From positions 130,490 to 194,489 of the forward strand of contig CAVYTU010000018.1 of the NCBI GenBank assembly GCA_963771465.1: 64,000 nt of DNA. Direction: 5' to 3'. Under the pieces are notes generated by a model that had not been told where the DNA came from, did not search any database, and saw nothing but the letters and a program-made list of their open reading frames with translations. The DNA comes from an uncultured delta proteobacterium (GTDB lineage Bacteria > Desulfobacterota > Binatia > UBA9968). The translations under genes and the position numbers were made by a program. This document shows positions 51,971 to 61,623 of this stretch, piece by piece (the first letter of the stretch is position 1; each line of letters opens with the position of its first letter).

Positions 51971-52609
51971 CTACTTCGGCATCATTTCACAAGGGGTTTG
52001 CCGTGGGCCCAAGCTCTCGAAGTATTCATGGGTCTCAAGATTGTAGCGTCCCTGATTAAAGTCGCCACCTTTTTGGCTGCGAATAATCACCGCTACCGTC
52101 CGTTCGCCGACGGTCAACTCGGTGTGGATTTCATAGGGCTTGACGAGATCGATTTCGCCGGGACCGCAGAGCACGTCGGCCGATTCCTTTATCTGCGCGT
52201 AGTTGGGTTTCGAGCGATCGTCAATGCGGTCGTAACGGACGACTCTTTCCCGGCCGTCGAGGACGCCGTAGAGCGTGTAGATATGGGCGTGGTCGTGGAT
52301 GCGCGCGGCGACGCCTTGGCGCGCCTGGCCTTTCGTCAGGCCGTTGATCGCGAAACCGTAGTCGGGATCCTCGTAAAAAAGCAAATTTTCCGCGCGGCCA
52401 TTGGCCGGCACGCAATCGGGCCATTGCTTCGACGCGGCGATCATGTCCGGATCGGCCAAGAGCTCGGCCAAGATCGGTCTGAGTGCATTCCAGCGCTTGT
52501 CGAGGTCGGTTTCTTTAGCGAACAGTTCGCGTGTCTTTCTAATGAATCGTTCCTTGGCATTCTCGGTATGGTTTTGTACCTGGGATTGGGTCGCGGTTTG
52601 AGTCTCCAT
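51971..52609 (-). CDS. Cysteine-dioxygenase-like cupin (thiol dioxygenase-like)
   Basis: LLFYEDPDYGF, IHDH, YGVLDGRE and EIH give a three-His metal site. Confidence 0.7.
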   Translation of the reverse strand: METQTATQSQVQNHTENAKERFIRKTRELFAKETDLDKRWNALRPILAELLADPDMIAASKQWPDCVPANGRAENLLFYEDPDYGFAINGLTKGQARQGVAARIHDHAHIYTLYGVLDGRERVVRYDRIDDRSKPNYAQIKESADVLCGPGEIDLVKPYEIHTELTVGERTVAVIIRSQKGGDFNQGRYNLETHEYFESLGPRQTPCEMMPK

Positions 52610-52621
52610 GTTTCCTCCTAG

Positions 52622-53794
52622 TTATTGTTGGACCTGCTGCCGGTCGTGATCGGTCGCTATTCTTCGCGGTTCATTGTCCGCCGCGCCGTAAAAGCGCGCG
52701 CAGTTGTCCCAAAGAATTTTTCGCTTGTCTTCATCTGACAATTTCGACGCGAGAAAACTCTCGACGGCATGCGGATACTTGGAATCGCCGTGCGGATAGT
52801 CGGTGGAGAACACCAATTGATCGCAGCCGAACTCTTCGATGGTATAGCGCGCCGGCGCTTCATCAGGCTCGATGGAAATCCAGCATTGCCGTTTGAAATA
52901 TTCGCTCGGCTTCATGACCAGGTCCGGCATAAAGACGTCGCCTTCCCGTTCATAACCTTCGTCCAAGCGCCACAACAGCCACGGTAGCCAAGAACAGTTG
53001 GCTTCGAGAAAGGCGACGCGCATTTTTGGATGGCGTTGGAGAATGCCGCCACCGAGAAAAGCGCCCATGCCCATCATTTGCTCAAACGGCTGGGCGTAGA
53101 CCCGACGCAAGCCAAAATTAGGTTCAAAGTGTTCCGCCGCTTGACGCGAGCGCGAAGCGGAGGCTTCGTGAAAGCCGAGCGGCAAGTTCAATTCTTCGAG
53201 CAGATTCCACAGCGGTTCGTAATGCGGGTCGTACCAGTTTTTGCCGTTGATGATGTTCGAACGCAAAAACACCGAGCGAAAGCCGTATTCTTGGGCCACC
53301 CGTCGGGTTTCACGCAACGCATCATCCAAGTCATAAACCGAAATCATGCCGGCACCGAGCAGACGCTTTGGATCGGCCGAACAGAAATCATGCAGCCAGT
53401 CGTTGTAAGCGCGCGCCATCGCCGCCGCGAAACGCGGCTCTTGATCGGGAAAGGTTAGGATGCCCAGGCCGCGAGTGGGAAACAACACCGCGGTGTCGAT
53501 GCCTTCGGTGTCCATGGCTTCGAGCTGCACCGCGCCGGTCCAACCGCGTTCGGCGTGGCTGCGATAGATGTCTTGGTTCTTGTTGAAATTGCTGCCGCGG
53601 TGCGGCGTGCCGCCGGTGCGCCGGGTGTCCTTCGGCACATTGGGAAAGATCGTGCCGAGGTCGCGCACATTATCCGAGGTCCGACCGCGCGGCGCCTGAT
53701 CGCTAAACTCGGGATCGATGTAGCGCTGCCAAAGATCGGGCGGCTCCATGATATGCATGTCGCTGTCAAAAACTCTAAAGCCGTTTTTCGCCAT
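52622..53794 (-). CDS. Amidohydrolase-2 family protein
   Basis: MAKNGFRVFDSDMHIMEP (true start 53794), AYNDWL, FSTDYPH. Confidence 0.92.
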   Translation of the reverse strand: MAKNGFRVFDSDMHIMEPPDLWQRYIDPEFSDQAPRGRTSDNVRDLGTIFPNVPKDTRRTGGTPHRGSNFNKNQDIYRSHAERGWTGAVQLEAMDTEGIDTAVLFPTRGLGILTFPDQEPRFAAAMARAYNDWLHDFCSADPKRLLGAGMISVYDLDDALRETRRVAQEYGFRSVFLRSNIINGKNWYDPHYEPLWNLLEELNLPLGFHEASASRSRQAAEHFEPNFGLRRVYAQPFEQMMGMGAFLGGGILQRHPKMRVAFLEANCSWLPWLLWRLDEGYEREGDVFMPDLVMKPSEYFKRQCWISIEPDEAPARYTIEEFGCDQLVFSTDYPHGDSKYPHAVESFLASKLSDEDKRKILWDNCARFYGAADNEPRRIATDHDRQQVQQ

Positions 53795-53989
53795 GCTGCG
53801 TCCTTTCCCTTCTCGAAAGCGTAATGCCGAGCCAGGTTCGATGTCAAGCCGACTCAGCGTCAATCGAAGTCCGATCTTCGTTTCCACAGCCTGCCTGAAC
53901 TCTTTGGGGCAACCGGCAAATACGATGATACCAAACGAGTTGAGCTGCGGCGGCTCCGCTACTATCGGAGAAACTTCTCCCGGTAACGC

Positions 53990-54005
53990 TTGGCATGGAT
54001 AGTGC
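53990..54005 (+). promoter_or_regulatory. Sigma54 promoter candidate
   Basis: TTGGCATGGATAGTGC (GG-N10-GC) upstream of the small ORF at 54077. Confidence 0.5.
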
Positions 54006-54076
54006 GGATTGACCGTGAGCGACAACACCCCCGACCTGTTTGGCAATCAAGAATGGGGGCGTTTGGGAGGAGGATT

Positions 54077-54259
54077 ATGGCCGCACTTCTCGCCTCTGTT
54101 TTCGTCTTGTACTCATTGGTCATCCTACTGTCTGCAGACTTTAATCGGGATAACGCAGGTTCCCCATTGTTTAGCAATCAAGAGAGGATTTCCGATATCC
54201 GGACTCCGCACTGCCTTTCGCCACTAGCATCTTGTGGTACAGGTTCGAGAGAGAAATAA
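54077..54259 (+). CDS. Small hypothetical membrane/secreted protein
   Basis: GGGAGGAGG RBS, hydrophobic N-terminus MAALLASVFVLYSLVILLS. Confidence 0.5.
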   Translation: MAALLASVFVLYSLVILLSADFNRDNAGSPLFSNQERISDIRTPHCLSPLASCGTGSREK

Positions 54260-54418
54260 GTATAAGAGTCGAGGCGACAGCGTAAAATTCAGGTCACGAA
54301 ATCTTCTCGAAATTCTCCTCCGACGTGTCCCGATTTAGCAACACAAAAATAAGTTTAGGTGTCCCGCGGTTAGGACGAAATCTGCATAATCGGCTGTGTT
54401 CATACCGGAGGTTACAAA

Positions 54419-54880
54419 ATGAAACAACCACTATTGCTAGTAGCGTTTTTGGCGATGTTTTTAATGCCGGTGCAGCCAGCACTTGCATCGAGCCCCGTAA
54501 TCGTAGGCGAGATTTCGGGGGTGGAAGTATGTCCAGAATTTGGATGCGGTGCCGCTATTTTCACTGGAACCTGCAAATGTAGAGTCAATAATCGAGACAC
54601 AGTCGGTTTTTTTTGGATTGCCGTACAGCACGATCCACTACCGGCTCCGCTTAACTCTTCGGCCATCATCGACGGCAAATGGACCTTGACGACCTTGCGG
54701 GGCAATTTTTCCGGCAGGGTTCTCGAAGGAAGCATCGTCAACAACGGAGACGATACATTTAACATCACTGCGAGACTTCGCCTGAAAAAGGATGGGAGTG
54801 GCGATGTTATGGTATCGGGAGTGCTCGACCACACTGATTTTCCCCCGACCTTTGACGGAGACCTTATTCAGCCTCAGTAG
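54419..54880 (+). CDS. Secreted hypothetical beta-rich protein
   Basis: GGAGG RBS, signal peptide ending ALA, Cys pairs and alternating beta-strand pattern. Confidence 0.75.
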   Translation: MKQPLLLVAFLAMFLMPVQPALASSPVIVGEISGVEVCPEFGCGAAIFTGTCKCRVNNRDTVGFFWIAVQHDPLPAPLNSSAIIDGKWTLTTLRGNFSGRVLEGSIVNNGDDTFNITARLRLKKDGSGDVMVSGVLDHTDFPPTFDGDLIQPQ

Positions 54881-55017
54881 CTTGGTGCTACGGTCCCAAT
54901 TTTTACGCTATACAGTCAGGTGTGAACACAGCTGTTGTTACCGAATTTAGTCAGTCAGCCCCCGATCGAGTCAAGTCTCGGCTTGTGGTTCTCTCTCAGA
55001 ACAATAGGAGGTGAAGA

Positions 55018-55350
55018 ATGAGCCTCATTAAAAAACCGTTACTGGCAGCACTGTTTGTTTGTGCTTTTATTGGCTACTCAGCAGACTGGAGTCAGACAGC
55101 GGAGATCACAAAACAGCCTACTACTGAGACCCAAAAAGCACCCTCAAAGACCAAACCACTAGATATAAACACCGCGTCGATTGATGACCTAAAAGCGCTT
55201 CCGGGAATCGGCGATGCTTATGCTCAAAAGATCGTAGATAGTCGGCCTTACCAGAAAAAAGACCAACTCGTTTCAAGGAAAATCGTTCCGCAAGCCACCT
55301 ACGATAAAGTCAAGGATCGAATTATAGCTATGCAGGCTAGCAAGAGCTAA
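55018..55350 (+). CDS. ComEA-like helix-hairpin-helix protein
   Basis: LDINTAS.DDLKALPGIGDAYAQKIV, signal peptide, AGGAGG RBS. Confidence 0.9.
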   Translation: MSLIKKPLLAALFVCAFIGYSADWSQTAEITKQPTTETQKAPSKTKPLDINTASIDDLKALPGIGDAYAQKIVDSRPYQKKDQLVSRKIVPQATYDKVKDRIIAMQASKS

Positions 55351-55386
55351 TCACTCTTTCGGAGAGTTCGCGGGCGGTTTCCATTA

Positions 55387-55859
55387 TTATGAATCACGGC
55401 GTAACAAAGCCCTCGTCGCGGTAGTAGCCAATTCCATCGCAAAAACTGTAGGGCTCTTGCACGTTGCGATTCTTTCGATAGTCGCTCGGTTTTCTTCTTC
55501 GAGCAGCAGTTTCCACGCTCGCTGTTGATCGGCAAACTGTTGCTCGATTCCCTCTGCGGTTAGTTCGCGGACTCCTCTGAGAAATAATAGTCGATCGTTG
55601 GCTTGTTCCGGGTCGAGCATACATTCACCTATCAATAATGAGTAACGGTCGCCGACCAAAGTGAGGCGGCGAAATTCTAACCTTCACTCCGCTTTCTTGG
55701 AGTTTGAGATACTCCGGCCAGAGTTTGAGATATTGGCGCATGTGGCTTTGTGCTTCGTCGCCATAAACACCTTCGAGTGCATCAAAAAGATCCTGGAAAA
55801 CGCGAGCATCCTGGCCAGTGAATGGAATGCTAGAGAATTTTGATTTTCGCCGTTTTCAT
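55387..55859 (-). pseudogene. Probable degraded hypothetical gene
   Basis: Protein-like segments in different frames (DARVFQDLFDALEGVYG..., IGECMLDPEQANDRLLFLRG...). No single intact ORF. Confidence 0.3.
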
Positions 55860-56064
55860 CTATATCGCCTATATTCCGATCGGGGCGATATCTCAAGCCC
55901 GCTGTCAACTCAATCGCTTTTCGACGAACGCTGTCGGCATGAGAAACAGTTGGTCATCTACACGACTGCCCCTTGGGCCATCGCACACGGATCATCGAGC
56001 CAAAGTGAGTCACCGACCATTAAACGCGTCGCCTACCACATGGGGTTCGGTGCTTCATGGGATT

Positions 56065-56916
56065 TTACAACATCCCGCTCGCAGAAAACGTATCGCACTG
56101 TTTTAGATCGCCGGTTTGGATGCCGGTGCGAAACCAGCGGACGCGCTGTTGGGCGCTGCCATGGGTGAAGCCTTCTGGCACGACATAGCCTTGAGAGCGT
56201 TTTTGTAGCGTGTCATCGCCGATCATCGCCGCGGCGTTCAGGCCTTCTTCGAGATCGCCTTGTTCGAGAATCTTTCGCTCCCGGTTGGCCAAACTCGCCC
56301 AGATTCCGGCCAGGCAATCGGCTTGCAATTCGAGACGGACTGAAAGTGCATTGGCGTCGCGCTCGCTGGCGCGCTGCTGGCGCGCCTGCACTTTGCCCAT
56401 AATGCCAAGCAGGTTTTGCACGTGATGGCCGACTTCGTGGGCGATGACGTAGGCTTGAGCGAAGTCGCCGGGTGCTTTAAAGCGGTCGCGCAGCTCGCGA
56501 TAGAAGGCGAGATCGATATAAACCTTTTGGTCTTGGCCGCAATAGAACGGACCGGCCGCCGCTTGAGCAAAGCCGCAAGCTGACTGCACTCGGCCGGAGA
56601 ACAGCACTAATTTAGGCTCAACATATTTCCTGCCTGCCTGCTGAAATATCTCGCCCCAAACCCGCTCACTGCTGCCGAGCACTCGCGCGACGAACTCGCG
56701 GCCTTCATCGCGCGCGCCCGACTGACTGGCGGACGGCGGCTCTTGGACGTTGGACTGCGGGTTTTCCTGCAAGATCGCGCTCGGATCGATGCCGAAGAAG
56801 AGCGCGATCAAGACCAAAGCGATGCTGCCGATACCGCCGCCGGCGACGCCTTTGGAGACGCGGAAACCGCGGCGGTCTTCTACGTTGCTACTTTCTTGTT
56901 CGTCATCGAGGCGCAT
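56065..56916 (-). CDS. ypfJ: Neutral zinc metallopeptidase YpfJ family
   Basis: SSNVEDRRG, GPFYC, AYVIAHEVGHHVQ, ELQADC, FTHGS. Confidence 0.92.
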   Translation of the reverse strand: MRLDDEQESSNVEDRRGFRVSKGVAGGGIGSIALVLIALFFGIDPSAILQENPQSNVQEPPSASQSGARDEGREFVARVLGSSERVWGEIFQQAGRKYVEPKLVLFSGRVQSACGFAQAAAGPFYCGQDQKVYIDLAFYRELRDRFKAPGDFAQAYVIAHEVGHHVQNLLGIMGKVQARQQRASERDANALSVRLELQADCLAGIWASLANRERKILEQGDLEEGLNAAAMIGDDTLQKRSQGYVVPEGFTHGSAQQRVRWFRTGIQTGDLKQCDTFSASGML

Positions 56917-56970
56917 GATGCTCCTCCGTATTCGGTAGTGCTAGGGACCTTAGCGGAGACGTTCTGGAGT

Positions 56971-57240
56971 TTATACACCGGACTTAGCCATTGTTTCGCG
57001 AACACTAACAGTAGAACCTACCCCCTCCATGGGAGTGTATTTAGCGCCCTCGATTGCAACGTCCTCTGAAATTTCGGACCAAAAGAGCAAGTAGGCCACC
57101 CAGTATTCCCTAAAAATTTCCGGCGGATTCGATAGCCAAATCACCGGATGTAAGTCCTTCAGGATGACGTTGGCCGCAGTTTTAATCGACGAATCCGCCT
57201 TCGAACGAGTCTCAAAAGCAACGAAATAGTACGTGCTCAT
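56971..57240 (-). CDS. Hypothetical protein
   Basis: GAGGAGGAG RBS upstream of the ATG, 89 aa. Confidence 0.6.
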   Translation of the reverse strand: MSTYYFVAFETRSKADSSIKTAANVILKDLHPVIWLSNPPEIFREYWVAYLLFWSEISEDVAIEGAKYTPMEGVGSTVSVRETMAKSGV

Positions 57241-57291
57241 GAACTCCTCCTCTTGTAGGCAGTTTCATATTTAGGCAGACCATCGGTGCGC

Positions 57292-57720
57292 TCAGGTTGA
57301 ATCTAACTGTATCTTTTTGATCGTCCTCGTGAGCAATTCATGAATCGTTTTACGTTCGTCGGGATGTTAATTCACTTCATTGGGTATCAAAATCTCCGCA
57401 AGTTTTTTTTGGATGAGGAGTAGGTATGCAGCAAAACTATGCGTGTTCCACCATTCGCTAGAACTTCCTGGACGATATGCAGTCGGTTAAAGTGTCCATA
57501 TTTCATTTCTTCCGTAATGCTATCAGGAAGGACAGCAATCACTGTACCAAAATATAAATGCTAGATAACTCCAACCTCCACATGTGCAAAAACTGAATTA
57601 TGGAAGAGAAATTCTTGCAAAGTTTTGGGAAATTTCATCCGTCCCAAACCTCCGCCACATTTAACCCAGCTGTTCCACACTTGAGATGCCCGTTAGTCCC
57701 CGGTAATTTGATTCATCCAT
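57292..57720 (-). pseudogene. Low-GC decayed gene with in-frame stops
   Basis: One frame reads MDESNYRGLTGISSVEQLG*MWRRFGTDEISQ...GVI*HLYFGTVIAVLPD..., then shifts at an A-run. Confidence 0.45.
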
Positions 57721-57875
57721 TATGCTCACAAAATAACTTTAAAAATTGCCAGCGATTTGTGAGGTATTTACCCATCTATTTCATCGTTCCTTTTCTTGAG
57801 ATTAGCCTCTGACACGAGTCAGACCAATCGCGCATCCGCCTCCAGAAAAAGAAATCTGTTAGCTTGACGGAAACC

Positions 57876-59078
57876 ATGCTCGCGTCCCTGCCGTCGACCA
57901 CACTGACAAGATTCATCCTGCTTTATGCCGCGATGTATGCGGCATTCGGAGTCGCTTCTCCCTTCCTACCTGGCTTCATCAGTGCGCGAGGGTTACCGCC
58001 CGAACAGCTTGGGCTTGTTCTGGGCGCCGGCACGGCCGTGCGACTCCTCACGGCGCCCCTCGCAGGCCGCATCGGCGACTTGATCCAGGCGCTCCGGATT
58101 GTGCTCGTGGTCTGCACGGCGGTTGCCGCCTTGGTGACGCTAGGCTATCTCTCAGCGCACAGATTTTGGATCTTGCTTGCGATGACTCTGCTGCATTCCG
58201 CATCGCTGGCGCCGATTACCGTCTTAGCGGACGCTTTGGCGCTAGGATCTGCCTCTCCGCTGCCGAACAGCAGCGACCGCCGGGGCTTCGAGTATGGATG
58301 GGTGCGCGGCACCGGCTCGGCCGCCTTCATCGTTGGTACTTTGCTCTCCGGGCAGGCAGTGAGCGCACTCGGTTTGGACGTGATCGTCTGGCTGCAGGCT
58401 TTGCTACTCGGCGCGGCAGCTTTTGCCGCGCTCCTGGTACCCGAACCGATTCACGCTCGCGCCGTCGACGCCGTGCGAGCGCCGGCGGGCGGTGTTTTCA
58501 TTCTCCTTCGGCTTCCGCTGTTTCGGAATCTTGTGCTTGTGGCAGCACTCATTCTCGGTAGTCACGCCATGCACGACGCATTTGCGGTGATCCGCTGGAG
58601 CGCCGCAGGCATTGGCCCTTCTACCGCGAGCTTGCTCTGGTCAGAGTCGGTCGTCGCAGAGGTGATCGTGTTCTTCGTCATTGGCCCGGCGCTCGTGACG
58701 CGCCTGACCCCGGCCGGCGCGCTCGCGGTTGCGGCCCTAGCGGGTATGCTGCGCTGGGCGGTGATGGCACAGTCAAGCGATGTCATTGCACTTGCGCTGG
58801 TCCAGCCGCTGCACGGCATCACCTTTGCGCTGCTTCATCTCGCGTGCATGCGTCTGCTCGCCCGCACTGTGCCGCAAGGCCTAGAAGGGACGGCGCAGGC
58901 GATCTACGGTACGGTTGGCATCGGAGCAGCCTCCGCATTGCTTACCTTTGTCTCTGGCGCGCTCTACGCGCGCCTAGGCGCGCAAGGGTTTTGGGTCATG
59001 GCTGCACTATGTGCGCTTGCCTTTCCGTTGACTTGGAGCCTGAGGCAACCTGTGTTCGGCAAAAGCGCAATTCAATAG
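57876..59078 (+). CDS. MFS transporter (HcaT/MFS_1_like)
   Basis: YGWVRGTGSAAF, LWSESVVAEV, QPLHGITFALLHLA. Confidence 0.88.
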   Translation: MLASLPSTTLTRFILLYAAMYAAFGVASPFLPGFISARGLPPEQLGLVLGAGTAVRLLTAPLAGRIGDLIQALRIVLVVCTAVAALVTLGYLSAHRFWILLAMTLLHSASLAPITVLADALALGSASPLPNSSDRRGFEYGWVRGTGSAAFIVGTLLSGQAVSALGLDVIVWLQALLLGAAAFAALLVPEPIHARAVDAVRAPAGGVFILLRLPLFRNLVLVAALILGSHAMHDAFAVIRWSAAGIGPSTASLLWSESVVAEVIVFFVIGPALVTRLTPAGALAVAALAGMLRWAVMAQSSDVIALALVQPLHGITFALLHLACMRLLARTVPQGLEGTAQAIYGTVGIGAASALLTFVSGALYARLGAQGFWVMAALCALAFPLTWSLRQPVFGKSAIQ

Positions 59079-59490
59079 CTGCTGGCGAGACTCGCATTAT
59101 TTTCCGCCGAGAGTTGCCTCCGATAGGGTTAGACGGGCGGGGCGCGCGGTTGTCTGGCGAAGTGAAACGTAAACTGTGCTGATGGGTCGTTTCTGCTCCT
59201 CGAGGAGACCGCGCGCGCCGCGCCGATGAGTTTCTTCGACAACAATTCAAATCTCTCAATCTGTCGACCTGAAGCAGCGTTATAATTGCACGGATTGAAT
59301 ATGTATCTTGAGAGCGGGCGTGTGGAAAGCTTGCATAAATGGGACAAGGCTGTCCCCCAATTGGGACAATGAATTTCAATCCGTCAGAATTTCATTTCCA
59401 TAATTCGGTGCATGTGAGAGCCTCTTAGAGCATTTAAATTTTGGTTCGATAATTGCGTTTGTGTTCAATTGCGCCGAGGAGAAATAAATC

Positions 59491-59892
59491 ATGGCAACTA
59501 ATAGCTATGTAAAGTGTCGAACGTGTGACGGCACGGGGTACGGTCGAAAATTGATTTTCTTTAAAAAGATTTGCGCACTGTGTTTTGGCATCGGTTACCG
59601 GAGGGTGGACTATGATATCAAGAGATACAGACCAATGCCGGGCCCAATGCCAAGACGACAACGAGTCGAAGAGGTAAAAGCAACAAGCCGTTCAGAGGTT
59701 GATAGCCTGGCGCTTGCCGGTGTTTTAAACACCCCGTGTGCTCCGACTCCTGAGCCGTGTAGCGGGCCAGGAGTTCGTTGGCGGTGCAGGTGCGTCTTAC
59801 TGTGGTCCGAGAGTTCAAGTGAATCTAGTAACTCAAGTTCCAGCAGCGATAGAAGTTCCAGTTCTAGTGACGGTGGTAGTTCTCATTCGTGA
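59491..59892 (+). CDS. Hypothetical protein with DnaJ-type CxxCxGxG zinc-finger pair and Ser-rich tail
   Basis: CRTCDGTG and CALCFGIG, SSSESSNSSSSSDRSSSSS tail, GAGGAG RBS. Confidence 0.6.
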   Translation: MATNSYVKCRTCDGTGYGRKLIFFKKICALCFGIGYRRVDYDIKRYRPMPGPMPRRQRVEEVKATSRSEVDSLALAGVLNTPCAPTPEPCSGPGVRWRCRCVLLWSESSSESSNSSSSSDRSSSSSDGGSSHS

Positions 59893-59907
59893 AATGATTA
59901 CCCTCCA

Positions 59908-60042
59908 ATGGAGCGCCTGTCGCAACGCTGGACGGTGCCGCAGATTTTTATTGACGGTCAGCCGATCGGCGGGTACGACGACTTGCGCGAATTAGAGAGC
60001 AATGGACAACTCGATCCGTTGCTCGCAGCCAGCGATCGATGA
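59908..60042 (+). pseudogene. 5'-truncated glutaredoxin (GrxC-like C-terminal half)
   Basis: MERLSQRWTVPQIFIDGQPIGGYDDLRELESNGQLDPLL. The N-terminal CxxC half is absent. Confidence 0.8.
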
Positions 60043-60089
60043 GCAGTGCTAAGAATTTAGTCGTTTGATGTGCTCGCGGGATGGTTGAT

Positions 60090-60280
60090 TGGCGGCGCGA
60101 GCGGAATCGAACCGCTGCATCGAGCCAGCGGCTTAGCGGTTCCAAAATACGTCGCATTGGTTTTAGTGCCGCGTATCGCATTTCCACATCGAATTCTCGC
60201 GCTGCGGCAGCAATAGCACTGCACGCGAATTGCACGAGATCGTCTTCATTCCAGGTCATGCAAATCGTTCTCGGCGCGCC
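60090..60280 (-). other. tRNA/tmRNA-like element (T-arm plus CCA end)
   Basis: Minus strand ends AGCGG-TTCGATT-CCGCT-CGCGCC-G-CCA, with a complementary GGCGCG at 60280-60275. Confidence 0.35.
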
Positions 60281-60332
60281 AAGGGCATTACCAACTAAAT
60301 CTTTCTCGAATTAAAAAGTCAGCAAAGGGGGC

Positions 60333-60360
60333 TTGACATCGGTTCATGTGGAATTAAATT
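60333..60360 (+). promoter_or_regulatory. Sigma70-type promoter of hsp20
   Basis: TTGACA-N16-TAAATT. Confidence 0.6.
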
Positions 60361-60401
60361 TCAAATAGAGATTCACACATACATGAAAGGAGGAGCTGAC
60401 A

Positions 60402-60868
60402 ATGTTTGGTGAATTGGCGAGATGGAATCCCGGGAAGAATTGTCGAATTGGCATCGTGATATCGATGATCTGTTCGGCCGGTTTTTCCAGGGTCCTGAAA
60501 ATTCTGTGAACAACTGGGTACCTCGGATGGAGACATACCGTAAAGACAATGACTATGTCGTCCGGGTCGATCTTCCTGGTGTCGATCCCAAGAATGTTCA
60601 TGTCCAGGCGGATGGCAATCTCCTCACGATTACGGGAGAACGAAAGAGCGAGGAGAAGGGGCCGGAATATCGGGAAACCTTCTATGGCAAGTTTGAACGG
60701 CAGATCGCCTTACCCCAAGGTGTAGAGGCTGACAAAATTGCAGCACGCTATGAACACGGGGTCCTAGAGATTCGACTGCCGCTGCCGGCGCAGCTTGCTG
60801 GACGAAAGATTCCGATTGAGATCGAGCAGAAGGACAAAACCAAAAAGCTGGAATCGAAAGCCGCGTAA
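60402..60868 (+). CDS. Hsp20/alpha-crystallin small heat-shock protein (1-nt frameshift near 60432)
   Basis: AAGGAGG-ATG 60402 MFGELARWNP, then EELSNWHRDID...DLPGVD, YGKFER, YEHGVLEI. Confidence 0.9.
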
Positions 60869-60914
60869 GTTACGCCGGCTTATTTCAACCGCCCCATCTG
60901 CGGGCGGTTTAATC

Positions 60915-60950
60915 GAAGGGGTCCTCTCACGCAGGACCCCTTTCTTTTTT
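60915..60950 (+). terminator. Intrinsic terminator after hsp20
   Basis: GAAGGGGTCCT...AGGACCCCTTTC followed by TTTTTT. Confidence 0.85.
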
Positions 60951-61122
60951 CAACTCGTGGACTTGTGCAAACCGCACCCCCTTGCCAGATAAACAACGCG
61001 ACTTATATTTACTGTTAGTGGCGTATTGATTGTATGGCCTCGATACAAAATGAGAAGACGCTTGTAAAAGCTCTTTCTGCTAGGAAACAACCGAGAACAG
61101 TCAGCGCGAAGGGAGTAAACAT

Positions 61123-61485
61123 ATGGCGGAAGACACTTTCACGATGATAGGTGATGACAGTTTGATGACGCAGCAGTACGCGGATACATTTCGTCGCAGC
61201 GAGCATCTTGACCCGGAGAAAGCGCTCGTCGCTGCGATCCTCAATGATGCGATTCAGGAATATCGCAAATACAGTGGGGCACAAGATCGAAATGGCAAAA
61301 AGCGGTTCCGTGAAGCCGAGGAATGGATTATGCACGATGGTAACGACTGGATCTTTTCCTTCGATAACGTATGCCACTTCCTTGGCCTCGACCCGGATTA
61401 TGTTCGACGCGGATTACGTATAAGGAAAGGTAAGGCAGAGCAAGAAAAGGGAGTTCAGGAGGAAGGGAGTAAATGGGCGGCATGA
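61123..61485 (+). CDS. Conserved hypothetical protein (paralog of 15723-16151)
   Basis: PEKALVAAILNDAI...EAEEWI...DWIFSFDNVCHFLGLDPDYVRRGL. Confidence 0.8.
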   Translation: MAEDTFTMIGDDSLMTQQYADTFRRSEHLDPEKALVAAILNDAIQEYRKYSGAQDRNGKKRFREAEEWIMHDGNDWIFSFDNVCHFLGLDPDYVRRGLRIRKGKAEQEKGVQEEGSKWAA

Positions 61486-61623
61486 TCATTCTGGTTTGTC
61501 GCCGCTATGGTCCTCGCGATATTTTTTGCGGGCAGATTACGATGAGATTCGCCGAGTGATCGTCCGCTAAAGCGGATTCGGCTCTTTTTGAAAAAATGCA
61601 AGTCCGACCAAAGAGGTAAGACA

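Noticed and set aside
59890-59892. Second possible Sec read-through joining the zinc-finger ORF to the glutaredoxin fragment
   Set aside because: The TGA follows a low-complexity Ser tail, is not in a redox motif position, and has no convincing SECIS hairpin downstream.
60041-60055. CIRCE (HrcA) operator near hsp20
   Set aside because: Only a TTAGCACT half-site is present, with no partner at 9-nt spacing, and it is far from the hsp20 promoter.
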